In this document: piece by piece, positions 1 through 11,501 of the stretch
Layout of the letters: each line of letters starts with the position of its first letter
Position numbering within the stretch: the stretch's first letter is position 1
Assembly (NCBI RefSeq): GCF_965204125.1
Contig: NZ_OZ241968.1
Coordinates: 1,048,840-1,112,839 of the forward strand
Direction of reading: 5' to 3'
Source of the DNA: Candidatus Poriferisodalis sp.
Lineage (GTDB): Bacteria; Actinomycetota; Acidimicrobiia; Acidimicrobiales; Poriferisodalaceae
Length of the DNA stretch: 64,000 bases
The notes under the pieces: model-generated
The model's input: only the letters and a program-made list of their open reading frames with translations
Databases searched by the model: none
Told to the model about the DNA's origin: nothing
Translations under genes and position numbers: made by a program

Positions 1-815
1 GCGAGGAAGGCGCGGCGGGCGATGAGTGCGGCCGTCTCGTAGCGATCGGCGCCGGCGATGCGATCGGTGTCGATGCCGAGCTCATTGATCTCTGCTTCGA
101 CTTCGGCCGAGATGGCCGCCTTGCCGCCCAGGATCGTGACCGAGGAAACTTCGCGGTCTTCAGCGGTCAGGAAGCGGCGCGCTTGGTCATGCAGCTCGTC
201 GGGCGTGGTCAGGATGAGCGGGTTGTCGCTGGTGACGTTCGGGGCCGCGGCCACCGCATCGGCGAAGTTGACGCCCGAGGCCAGATAGACGGTGTCGATC
301 TCGTCGGGGGCGAAGGTGCGTGCGACCCGGCGGGCGGTCTCGTAGCGGTCGTCGCCGGCAAACCGATCCACCCGGTAGCCCATGCCGCGCAGGGTCTCGG
401 CCACGTTCTCCGACACCGCAGCGGGACCGCCCAGGATGATCACCTTGGCCTTGGGATGGTCTGCGCAGGGTGTGAGATACAGCCGGGTGACGGCCGGCAG
501 GAAGTCTCTCTTGGTGAGCAGCAGCGGCCGGTCGAGCGCGGCGCCCGCAAGTGCATCGGGCCAGTTCTCGCCTGATGCGAGCGCGACGCTGTGCGAGCCC
601 GTCTCGGTGCTGCACAGGACGCCGGCGACATTGGCGGCCAGCTCGTACACGTTCGATGCGTTGATGCGCTGGGCGGCGATGTTCGACGCCTGTGCTGCGG
701 CCGGCAGCGGCGCAAACAGCACAGAGCCTGCCAGCGCGAGGCTGAGCAGGGCGATGAGCAGGCGGCGCAGACTGCGGCGCGGGCTATGGCGCGGGCTGCC
801 TCTTGCGGGACTCAT
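1..815 (-). CDS. Secreted CWB2 (cell wall binding repeat 2) protein, 3'-partial; runs off the left edge
   Basis: Absent from the ORF track because there is no stop codon in the window. Reverse translation from ATG 815-813 gives MSPARGSPRHSPRRSLRRLLIALLSLALAGSV (signal peptide). At ~599 it reads GSHSVALASGENWPDALAGAALDRPLLLT. At 59-1 it reads IAGADRYETAALIARRAFL. These are CWB2 signatures. Confidence 0.75.
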   Translation of the reverse strand, partial: MSPARGSPRHSPRRSLRRLLIALLSLALAGSVLFAPLPAAAQASNIAAQRINASNVYELAANVAGVLCSTETGSHSVALASGENWPDALAGAALDRPLLLTKRDFLPAVTRLYLTPCADHPKAKVIILGGPAAVSENVAETLRGMGYRVDRFAGDDRYETARRVARTFAPDEIDTVYLASGVNFADAVAAAPNVTSDNPLILTTPDELHDQARRFLTAEDREVSSVTILGGKAAISAEVEAEINELGIDTDRIAGADRYETAALIARRAFL

Positions 816-939
816 GCCGATCTCACACTCCACGCCTGGCCGTCGGCGGAACGCTACGCCACGACGGTGATGAACAAGCGGCAGGCTAGATAGTTCTCGT
901 GACGATTCTGCGTCGAAGGGCGGCGATGGTTATCAGCGA

Positions 940-3687
940 CTATGGGGCAGCGTTGATGTAGGCATCGACTCGCCAGACGATCGTGTCGTCGTCGCTGCCG
1001 ATGTCGTTCACGGCGACAGTGGCCATGAATCCGCCGGCGCCGTAGCCGTCGTCGGCCAGACCGGCCACGGCAGCCCCTGACTCCAGTCCGGACGGCTCAG
1101 ACGGCCGCGATCCGTACAGCGCGCGCAGCCACGATCCCGACCGCAGGGCGCTCATGCCCCGCAGCTCCCAGCGGCTGTCCACAAAGCGGGCCTCGCCCTC
1201 GGCAATGCCCGACACCGTGCCCGCTGCAGTTTCCAACGACCACAGGGCACTGAACACATCGGGGGCGCCGGCGCCGAATCCCCGAACGATCTCCACCGAC
1301 ACGAACGCCTCACGCACCTGCTGGCGCCGGGGCGGCAGCTGTGAGAAGACCCCGGGGTCGCGGCTGCGGAATGCCAGCCGGGTCGTGCCGCCGGTGGGCG
1401 GGTGCTCGCCGCTGGGCACGCCGCTCGACACCGGATCGGCTGCTTCCACCACATCGGTCAGCCGGAATTGCCGGTTGGCGTTGGCCGCCACGGCCACTGC
1501 CCGTGACGTGCGCCCGTAGGGGCCCACAGCCCGGACGTAGTTGGAATCGGCCTCCGACAGCTCAACCGCCACGCATCCCGGACTCGCCGGCCGCGGCCTG
1601 CGCCGCACCCCGTCGGCGTCGCCCGTGTACCAGCCCAAGGCGGTGAGATCGGCCTCGAGCACGGGGGCCTTGTCGGGCGAGGTCTCGACCACCAGCCAGC
1701 GGGCGCCGTCGTAGGTGCCGCGCGGGAAGCACAGCCAGTCCTGGCCCGAGCCGAGCGATCCGCGGCCGCCATCGGTGATCGCGCCATCGGCATTGGCCTG
1801 ATGGAACACGGTGCCGTCGAAGCGGAGCTTGCTCGCGAACGCACCCACTCCTCGCTTGGCGGCGGGCGCCTTCTCGATCCGATCGGGGTCGTCGTGATGG
1901 GGTGCATAGGCCCCCACCAGCACCGGCACCTCGGGCTCGGCGTCGGGTGTCAAGCGCCCGCTCACCAGCGCCGACGCCTGTGCGAGCACCTCGGCAGTGA
2001 TCACGGCCTCGCCGCCGAATGCCAGCACCATGCCCGGTGCGAAGCACTGCCCGGAGTTCACTGCGGCCGCGTACGCCCCGCCGTCGCCTGCCCCTGAGCC
2101 GTCTGTCTCGATGCCGCCGACCGCTTGGGAGCACTGCCGGCCCACCACGAAGGTGTCGCGCAGGAACTTCTCCACCGGTGCCGGCAGCTCGTCGGCGCCC
2201 GCGGGCACGAGGAGCATGGGCACCGCCGCATGCGACGGCCTGGGCACCGCCGTGGAGTGGGCAGCCGACGACGGCCGCCGTGCCAGCGCTACCAGGCCCG
2301 GCTCGGCGGCATCGAGCGGACCCACCAGGCGCTCGGTGGCGTAGGGGACAGTGGCGGGCGATGGCGCCGTGGCAGCGCCGCAGAACGCACCGGCCCCCAG
2401 CGCATCGGGCCAGCCCTGGGCGCGCTGGCTCTCGTCGCTCAACGCGGCCAGGCACACCGATGAGCGGGCGAAGTGATCGCCGGTGCGGGTGGGCCACCAG
2501 CCGCCGAAGATCTTGGCCATCTCCACGCTGGTCTCGTAGCGGTCGGCGCCCGCTACCCGGCGCATCTCGGCGCCGGCGATCTGCGCAGCCAGACCCGCCA
2601 CCGCTTCGGGCACCTGCGAGGTGTCGCCCAGCACGATCAGGTTCTCCACGTCGAGCAGGCTCAGCGCCACGGCGGTTTCTTCGGGCAGCACGTCGCTGCC
2701 GTCGTGCAGCAGCACGGGCACCTGCCAGTAGCTGGTCCACCAGCCGGCCGCCAGTGCATCGAGCGAAGTGGCGAGCACGACGGTGCGGCCCAGCAGCTCG
2801 CACTTGCTGGCCCGTTCCCGCCACTCCACCACCGAGTTGGCGTAGAAGGCCGGCACGGCGTTGCCGTCGGATGCGGTGACGTCTTTGCACCTGGCGGCGC
2901 TGCGGGGGATCGACCGGGTGCCCAGCGACTGGGCCACCGCTGCCGCCGTGCCGAAACGGGTCTCGCCGCTCACCCGGAACACCTCGCCGTAGCCGATCGA
3001 GACCAGTTCCTGCTCGATCTCGACGGGCACTGCTGCGGGGCCGCCCACGATGATGGCCTGGCGGGCGGCGTTGCAGCCGCCGGTGCGCAGGTCTTGTGCG
3101 GCGAGCCGGGCGGCGTGGTTCAGCGAATCGGCGTCGTCACGGGTGGACTCGGTGAGCAGGATGGGCGCTGCGAACGTGTCGACCCGGGCGAAGCCGCCGA
3201 TGGGGTCGAACAGGGGGTCGCTGGCGGCGACGCGCCGCAAGTACGGCTCGCTGGAGCGCCCGGTGGAGTCCGACAGCGAGGCGGCGGTGACTGCATCGGC
3301 TGGCACGTCGGAGGCCACCACGATGATGGACCGGGGGCACAGCTCCAGCCCCCACCAGCCGTCGGCCGAGCCCAGGCTGCGGCCGCCGCCGGAGGTGGCA
3401 TCGGCGGTGTCGAACGGGTAGCCGCCCGAACCCCGCAAGGTCAGCGACACGGCCAGTGCGGTCTGGTGCCGGTCGGGGCCCCACATGCGCACCGCGTTCG
3501 GCCAGGCCTCGAGCTCGGGCTGGGCCAGGAACGACTCGGGCCATTGCCGCGGCGAGGCCGGGCCCTCGCCCTCTTCGGCGACGCTCTGCCCGCCGGCGCC
3601 GGGCACTGCCAGCAGCGATGCCGCCGTCAAGACGGCGGCCAGTGCGGCCACCCATCGAGCCCGGCGGGGCGGTCGCTTCATCGTCAC
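940..3687 (-). CDS. Secreted CWB2-repeat surface protein (915 aa) with a large uncharacterised C-terminal domain
   Basis: N-terminal signal peptide MTMKRPPRRARWVAALAAVLTAASLLAVPGAGG. CWB2-like motifs GPDRHQTALAVS, GETRFGTAAAVA and GADRYETSVEMA. Long ORF with coherent composition. Confidence 0.8.
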   Translation of the reverse strand: MTMKRPPRRARWVAALAAVLTAASLLAVPGAGGQSVAEEGEGPASPRQWPESFLAQPELEAWPNAVRMWGPDRHQTALAVSLTLRGSGGYPFDTADATSGGGRSLGSADGWWGLELCPRSIIVVASDVPADAVTAASLSDSTGRSSEPYLRRVAASDPLFDPIGGFARVDTFAAPILLTESTRDDADSLNHAARLAAQDLRTGGCNAARQAIIVGGPAAVPVEIEQELVSIGYGEVFRVSGETRFGTAAAVAQSLGTRSIPRSAARCKDVTASDGNAVPAFYANSVVEWRERASKCELLGRTVVLATSLDALAAGWWTSYWQVPVLLHDGSDVLPEETAVALSLLDVENLIVLGDTSQVPEAVAGLAAQIAGAEMRRVAGADRYETSVEMAKIFGGWWPTRTGDHFARSSVCLAALSDESQRAQGWPDALGAGAFCGAATAPSPATVPYATERLVGPLDAAEPGLVALARRPSSAAHSTAVPRPSHAAVPMLLVPAGADELPAPVEKFLRDTFVVGRQCSQAVGGIETDGSGAGDGGAYAAAVNSGQCFAPGMVLAFGGEAVITAEVLAQASALVSGRLTPDAEPEVPVLVGAYAPHHDDPDRIEKAPAAKRGVGAFASKLRFDGTVFHQANADGAITDGGRGSLGSGQDWLCFPRGTYDGARWLVVETSPDKAPVLEADLTALGWYTGDADGVRRRPRPASPGCVAVELSEADSNYVRAVGPYGRTSRAVAVAANANRQFRLTDVVEAADPVSSGVPSGEHPPTGGTTRLAFRSRDPGVFSQLPPRRQQVREAFVSVEIVRGFGAGAPDVFSALWSLETAAGTVSGIAEGEARFVDSRWELRGMSALRSGSWLRALYGSRPSEPSGLESGAAVAGLADDGYGAGGFMATVAVNDIGSDDDTIVWRVDAYINAAP

Positions 3688-3818
3688 CGCTCGACAGTCT
3701 GTCGCAACGGGCTGCCGCAGCGATGCCGGGGCGTCGGTGCTGTTTGTCGGCGCTGTTCGTCGGCGCTGTTCATCGGCGCTGTTCGTCGGCGCTGTTCGTC
3801 GGTGCTGTTCGCCGGTGC

Positions 3819-6491
3819 CTAGCGGCAGACGGCGGCATCGGCGTTCCAGTCACAGCGCGGGGTGGTGCCTTCGAGATCGATGATCGGCCCGAGCGCTCGC
3901 CAGGCATCGGCTGCGGCGACGTACCGGGAGAAGCCGCTGGCTTCGATGGCGAAGGCGTCGTTGTCGCCGTTGAGCCGCAGCCGGACCCCGTCTTCCAGCA
4001 TTGGATGGGTGATGTCGAGCGATCGCACCGCCAGGATCAGGTTGGTGCGGGTGAGCCCGCCAGGCAGCTCGGCTGCGATGCGCAGCGCCTCGACGTAGGG
4101 ATAGGCGAGCTGGAACGCCGCTGAGTACAGCGGGTGGTCGGGGTCGCGCCTCGTCAGGGCGAGACGCTCGTTGACGAACTCGATGAATGCGTCGTTGGCA
4201 CGGGCTTCGTCGTGGGTAGCTGTCAGGCTGCCCCGGGCGGTGTACCAGCCGTCGGCCGAGGGGCCTGCGAGGTGCATGGTGTTGGGGGTCGCGCACGCCG
4301 ACGACATGAGCAAGAGGCCGTTGCGGGACCGGATGCCGTCGGCCACGCTCCGCCAGCCCGGCGACTGCATCACCTGCCAGCACGGGTTTCCCGACGTCAT
4401 CGAGATGTACACGTCGGGTTCGTACGCGCCGATGGCGGCGACCTCGGCGTCGAACGCCTCGTCATCGACCGTCTCGTCGTCGACCACCTCGGCATCGACC
4501 GCTTCGGCACCGGGGTCGATCCGGACAGCGAGGGTGCCCGAGATCACGTCGGGGTGCGAGCGCGCCCACGCTGCGAAGCCGTCCAGGTAGGCGGTGCCGA
4601 GCTCGTCGTCGCTCACGACGGCCGCGACCGTCACTGGCAGCCTGCCGGCGAACCGCCGCTCGATCCATTCGCCCCACAGCATCGCTTCAGTCGTGAACGA
4701 CAGCTGCATGCCGGTGGTCCACGGGTGGTTGAGGGGATCGCCCCAGGCCGGGTGGCCCGACATCACGAACGGGTGCGGGACACAGGCGTCGTTGATCCGG
4801 TCGTACACGGCGAGCGAGGTCGGTGTGCCCACGGTCAGCACCGAGAACACGTTCTCGTCGTCGATCAGGCTGTCGACTTGGGTTGCCGTGCGGCTGGGGT
4901 CGAACCCGTCGTCTCTGCCCACCAGCTCGATGCGCCTGCCGGCGACGGGATCGGTGCGGTTGACCCAGTCGAAATAGACCTGCATCCCCCACTGGAGTTT
5001 GCCCTGGGTCACGTACTGCCCCGATTTCGGGAGCGTGAGCCCGATGCGGATCTCGTCGCTGGTGATTCCGGCGGTGTCGGACCAGCCGTCGGGGCAGTCG
5101 CTGAGGTCGATGCTGAAGCCGGCGGGGCCGCCGAGCACGTTGCCGTCGTCGACGCCGTAGGTGCCAGCGTCGATGGCCCGCGTGAGGCTCCTTGCTGCGC
5201 GTTCGCGCTCGGCGGCGGCGGTGTCGAAGACTCCCTGGAGCGCGGCGCCCTCGATGATCCTGCCGAGCGCCTGGGACGACACCGAGGTCTCGGGGCCGAA
5301 CACGAGCAGCGATCTGGCATCGTGCCGGAGCACCTGGGAGACAGCGGGCGAGAGCACCGATGTGCTGGTCAGCAGCAGGGTGGTGCACCGCTGGCCCAGC
5401 AGCGGGGCGGCGCTGAGCGCGTGGATCGGATCCCATGCATCTGCGAGGCCGTACCTGGTCTCATGGAAGCACTTGCGGCCGTCGGGACCTCTGGGGAAGT
5501 TGTTGTTGAGGTATCTCGCCAGCCCCACCGATGTCTGCGTGCGGTCTGTGCCGCCCTTGCCGAGGTAGCCCACGCCCGGCTGGGGAACTTCGATCCTCAC
5601 CTGCTCGGACAGCGCTTCGGCGCCGCCCAGGACGAGTATTTCCTCGACGTCGCTGGTTCTCAGGTACCTCACCACGCTGGGGTGGACCTCATGCGGGGGG
5701 CTGAGCAGCACCGGGTGGCGGCCCCGGAACGACGCTGGGCCGGCCACGAGCGCATCGGCCACCTTCTCGGAGCTGGCCAGGAACGCCGTGGTGCCCTGGT
5801 AGGCCAGCACCCCGGGGGTGCCCATGCGGCGGGCGACAACCACCGAGGTGGCCTCGGGGGACGATCCCCAGATGCGCTCGACGCTGCCGAAGCGCGCCAG
5901 CCTTCCCAGGACGGTGTGCGACACCTCTTGGGGGCTGCCGATGACGAAGGTTCGGGAAACGCCGGCCTCGGCCAGGAACTCGGCTGTGATGGTGAGCAGG
6001 CGGTCTGGAGGTGTCAGCAGGACGGGGGCGTTGAGCTTGCCGGCCAGGCCCGGGGCGACGACGGCGTCGTGCCACGACTCGCCCGACACGATGACGGCTG
6101 CGTCGATGCTGCCGCCGACTTCTTCGAGGAACTGACGAGCGACCTTGACCGATGTCACATAGCGGCTGTGGCTCTGGATGCGGGTGATCTCGACCTCGCG
6201 CAGGTCTTGCGCCCCGGCGGGCGCGGTGGCGACCGGTAGGGCTGCTGCCAGGGTGGCGAGGGCAGCCAGGGCGCTCAGGACGATCCGTGTGGTCCGTGCG
6301 GTCAGCGCGGTCCGTCTGGTCAGCGCGGTCCGTCTGGTCAGCGCGGTCCGTCTGGTCAGCGCGGTCCGTGCGGTCCGTGCGGTCCGTGCGGTCAGTCTGG
6401 TCAGGTTGGCCAAGGCGAGCGGCGTGCACCGTACGAGTTGCTTGGCGGGCGCTGGACGTGATGCGCGGCGACGGCCGCCGGGTCGGGTCAT
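3819..6491 (-). CDS. CWB2-repeat protein fused to a LivK-like (type 1 periplasmic-binding fold) solute-binding domain
   Basis: Hydrophobic signal region IVLSALAALATLAAALPVATAPAGAQD. CWB2-like SHSRYVTSVKVARQF and GGTDRTQTSVGLARYL. C-terminal half reads IRIGLTLPKSGQYVTQGKLQWGMQVYFDWVNRTDPVAGRRIELVGRDDGFDPSRTATQVDSLIDDENVFSVL, typical of branched-chain amino acid binding proteins. An alternative TTG start lies at 6413. Confidence 0.8.
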   Translation of the reverse strand: MTRPGGRRRASRPAPAKQLVRCTPLALANLTRLTARTARTARTALTRRTALTRRTALTRRTALTARTTRIVLSALAALATLAAALPVATAPAGAQDLREVEITRIQSHSRYVTSVKVARQFLEEVGGSIDAAVIVSGESWHDAVVAPGLAGKLNAPVLLTPPDRLLTITAEFLAEAGVSRTFVIGSPQEVSHTVLGRLARFGSVERIWGSSPEATSVVVARRMGTPGVLAYQGTTAFLASSEKVADALVAGPASFRGRHPVLLSPPHEVHPSVVRYLRTSDVEEILVLGGAEALSEQVRIEVPQPGVGYLGKGGTDRTQTSVGLARYLNNNFPRGPDGRKCFHETRYGLADAWDPIHALSAAPLLGQRCTTLLLTSTSVLSPAVSQVLRHDARSLLVFGPETSVSSQALGRIIEGAALQGVFDTAAAERERAARSLTRAIDAGTYGVDDGNVLGGPAGFSIDLSDCPDGWSDTAGITSDEIRIGLTLPKSGQYVTQGKLQWGMQVYFDWVNRTDPVAGRRIELVGRDDGFDPSRTATQVDSLIDDENVFSVLTVGTPTSLAVYDRINDACVPHPFVMSGHPAWGDPLNHPWTTGMQLSFTTEAMLWGEWIERRFAGRLPVTVAAVVSDDELGTAYLDGFAAWARSHPDVISGTLAVRIDPGAEAVDAEVVDDETVDDEAFDAEVAAIGAYEPDVYISMTSGNPCWQVMQSPGWRSVADGIRSRNGLLLMSSACATPNTMHLAGPSADGWYTARGSLTATHDEARANDAFIEFVNERLALTRRDPDHPLYSAAFQLAYPYVEALRIAAELPGGLTRTNLILAVRSLDITHPMLEDGVRLRLNGDNDAFAIEASGFSRYVAAADAWRALGPIIDLEGTTPRCDWNADAAVCR
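6290..6405 (-). repeat. Tandem 18-bp (gtcagcgcggtccgtctg, about 3 copies) and 9-bp (gtccgtgcg, 3 copies) repeats in the N-terminal coding region of 3819..6491
   Basis: Read directly from the sequence. On the minus strand it encodes TARTARTAR and three copies of TRRTAL, just before the hydrophobic signal segment. Confidence 0.9.
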
Positions 6492-6506
6492 CGTGGAGCC
6501 TTGAAT

Positions 6507-9233
<2,727 letters not shown>

Positions 9234-9489
9234 GGGACCTCGGACCTCTTGCTATCAAAGGCCGGCCGCCGCCAAGGACCGGCTCGCAACTCGAGGCTGG
9301 CTGCCATCAGAGGCCAAGGCCAACCTGAGTCGCGCCCCACGTTGACGAGCTGTGTTGTCACCGGCTCAGCGCAGCGCTGACCGATCCGGCCGCAGTACAC
9401 ACGAGCCCAACCAGGCAACCCCAGCACGCAACAGCCCGACCAGCAAACCGTCTCGCCGCCGCCGGACCACCCCAGCCACGCCGCGACGA

Positions 9490-11349
9490 TCACTCGGGCG
9501 GGTCGCGCCCTGTCGCAGGGCTGGTTCCCCGCCGGGTTCGATCTGATCGTTTGGACCGGGCGTCTGATTGCATGGACGGCCCGCCTGATCGCATAGACGG
9601 CCCACGTGATCGCTTGGACTGCCCGTCCGATCTCGTGGCTCGTTTGCGGGTGACCCAATGGCCGCTGCGTGGGTCTCGTGCGAGGCGCTGGCCACCCTTG
9701 TGCAGGCTGTTGTGGCAGTCGCCGCACATCGCAGCCAGATTCGGGATGTCGGTAGTGCCTTCGTCTGCCTCCCATTCCTCGATGTGGTGGTACTTGCATC
9801 TGTGCATCGGAGCACCGCACAGCACGCAACCCCGATCGCGGATGGCAACCACCAGTTGCTGGGGGATGCTCGCGAGCCGGCGTCCGCGGCCCAGCCACAG
9901 TGGATGTCCTGGGCCTGTGAATAGGGCACCTGCAATGCGAGTGTCGGGGGAGAGATTGTCGAGAATCGACTTGGGTACCGGTCCGGCCCCGAGGATGTCG
10001 CACCTGCCGTCGGGTGCGGTGCCGTCGATGACGCCGATGTCGGCCACGATCACGAGCTGGTTGGGCGCGCCAGCCGGCGTCCACCGAGCAATTGACCGCC
10101 CGCCGTCGGCCCCGTGATGAGCCCAATCGTCAGCCCCGCTGTCAGCTCCGCACCCGGCCCTGCCGCCGGCAGCCCTGGCATCGCCAGATTCACGGTCACC
10201 GACACCGGCATCGCTAGGTTCGTCGGCATCGTCAGCTTCGTCGGCACCGCCGCCGGCAGCTCTGGTAAAGCCAGACTCACCGACATCGACACCACAAGAT
10301 TCACTGACATCGGCGTCGCCACACGCGGACCCGCTGGCTGAGCCGCCCACCGAGACCGTGGCGCGCTGCTGTATCGCCAGCGCGTTGCGGCCGGTGAGCA
10401 TCTCGAACACGCTGTCGGCAAGGCGCTGGCGGTTGTCGCGGACCGCACCCGGAGTGCCGTCACGACCGCCGTCGAGGCGCCACAAGGCGTCGTTGTAGTT
10501 CTCAACCGCCTGGGCCACCGCAGCGAAGCTGACCGGGTCGAAGCGGGCATTGAGCACGCCCATGCCGGTCTCATCGTCCAAGAACAAGGCCGCACTGCGA
10601 TCACGCCGCTGCCGACGGATCTCGCTCTCCGCAGCCATCGGATCGTGCTCGGCCACGAACGTACGAGCATCGCGGCGCAACACATCGGGCGACGCCGTCG
10701 CCGCGGTCTCGAGCAGGTCGTGAGCAATGTCGACGACATGCGGGCTGCTGCGACGGGCGGCGTCCGCGAGCACCTCAGCGTGCTCGGGGGTCAGCTCGCC
10801 GCCCGCCAGACCATACGCCACCCGAGGCATCTGGGCGATCTGCTCGCTGACGGCTGCGACCCGGGCGGCTTTGCGGGCGCTCAACCGGCCATTGCCGCGC
10901 AGTGCGGCTCGGCCGGACCCGGCTTGAATGGTTTCCAGCGCGGCAGTCGATGCGAGCAGCAACGCCTCTGCGGCCGAGCGCAGCCGGCTGCCGACGGCGA
11001 TCACCTGCGCAAGATCCTCGACATCGGCACCGTCGAACGGCGCCTGAGATGCCAGAGCCACCAGCTCCCGCGCCCGGCCCAGCCCACACAGAACATCAGC
11101 AAACGTGCCGACGCCCCCCTCAGGTGCCGTTTCCACCGCCCCCGGCGCTACAGCGGACGGCACGTCGGCGGTGTGCACCCCGGCATCCGGAACGCCCAGC
11201 GCTACAACGCCCGGCACCGAAGCGGCCGGCACCACGGCGTCCACAACGCCCGACACGCCAGCCGTGGGCTCGCTACGAACAAGTGTGCGATTCACGCCAC
11301 GAAACCTAAACAAGGGCTGTGACATCAACCGGCTTGCCGACCGCACCAC
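9490..11349 (-). CDS. DUF222 / HNH endonuclease family protein (REP13E12-like)
   Basis: C-terminal HNH motif IRDRGCVLCGAPMHRCKYHHIEEWEADEGTTDIPNLAAMCGDCHNSLH. The long N-terminal helical region matches the actinobacterial DUF222 architecture. The 3' end carries degenerate 21-bp repeats (about 9545-9630). Confidence 0.8.
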   Translation of the reverse strand: MVRSASRLMSQPLFRFRGVNRTLVRSEPTAGVSGVVDAVVPAASVPGVVALGVPDAGVHTADVPSAVAPGAVETAPEGGVGTFADVLCGLGRARELVALASQAPFDGADVEDLAQVIAVGSRLRSAAEALLLASTAALETIQAGSGRAALRGNGRLSARKAARVAAVSEQIAQMPRVAYGLAGGELTPEHAEVLADAARRSSPHVVDIAHDLLETAATASPDVLRRDARTFVAEHDPMAAESEIRRQRRDRSAALFLDDETGMGVLNARFDPVSFAAVAQAVENYNDALWRLDGGRDGTPGAVRDNRQRLADSVFEMLTGRNALAIQQRATVSVGGSASGSACGDADVSESCGVDVGESGFTRAAGGGADEADDADEPSDAGVGDRESGDARAAGGRAGCGADSGADDWAHHGADGGRSIARWTPAGAPNQLVIVADIGVIDGTAPDGRCDILGAGPVPKSILDNLSPDTRIAGALFTGPGHPLWLGRGRRLASIPQQLVVAIRDRGCVLCGAPMHRCKYHHIEEWEADEGTTDIPNLAAMCGDCHNSLHKGGQRLARDPRSGHWVTRKRATRSDGQSKRSRGPSMRSGGPSMQSDARSKRSDRTRRGTSPATGRDPPE

Positions 11350-11501
11350 ACGTCGCTGCGAGCTCGATTTTCTCAGGCCGTCGGACCCAAGAAGCTGAGG
11401 TCGACAACCCGTCCCGTCACCGGGCCGACGGGCCCGAAAGGCCGAGGTCAGCAGCCCGTCATCAAGAGGCGACGCAGCGAGTCAATCGGCGGCGCCATCC
11501 C

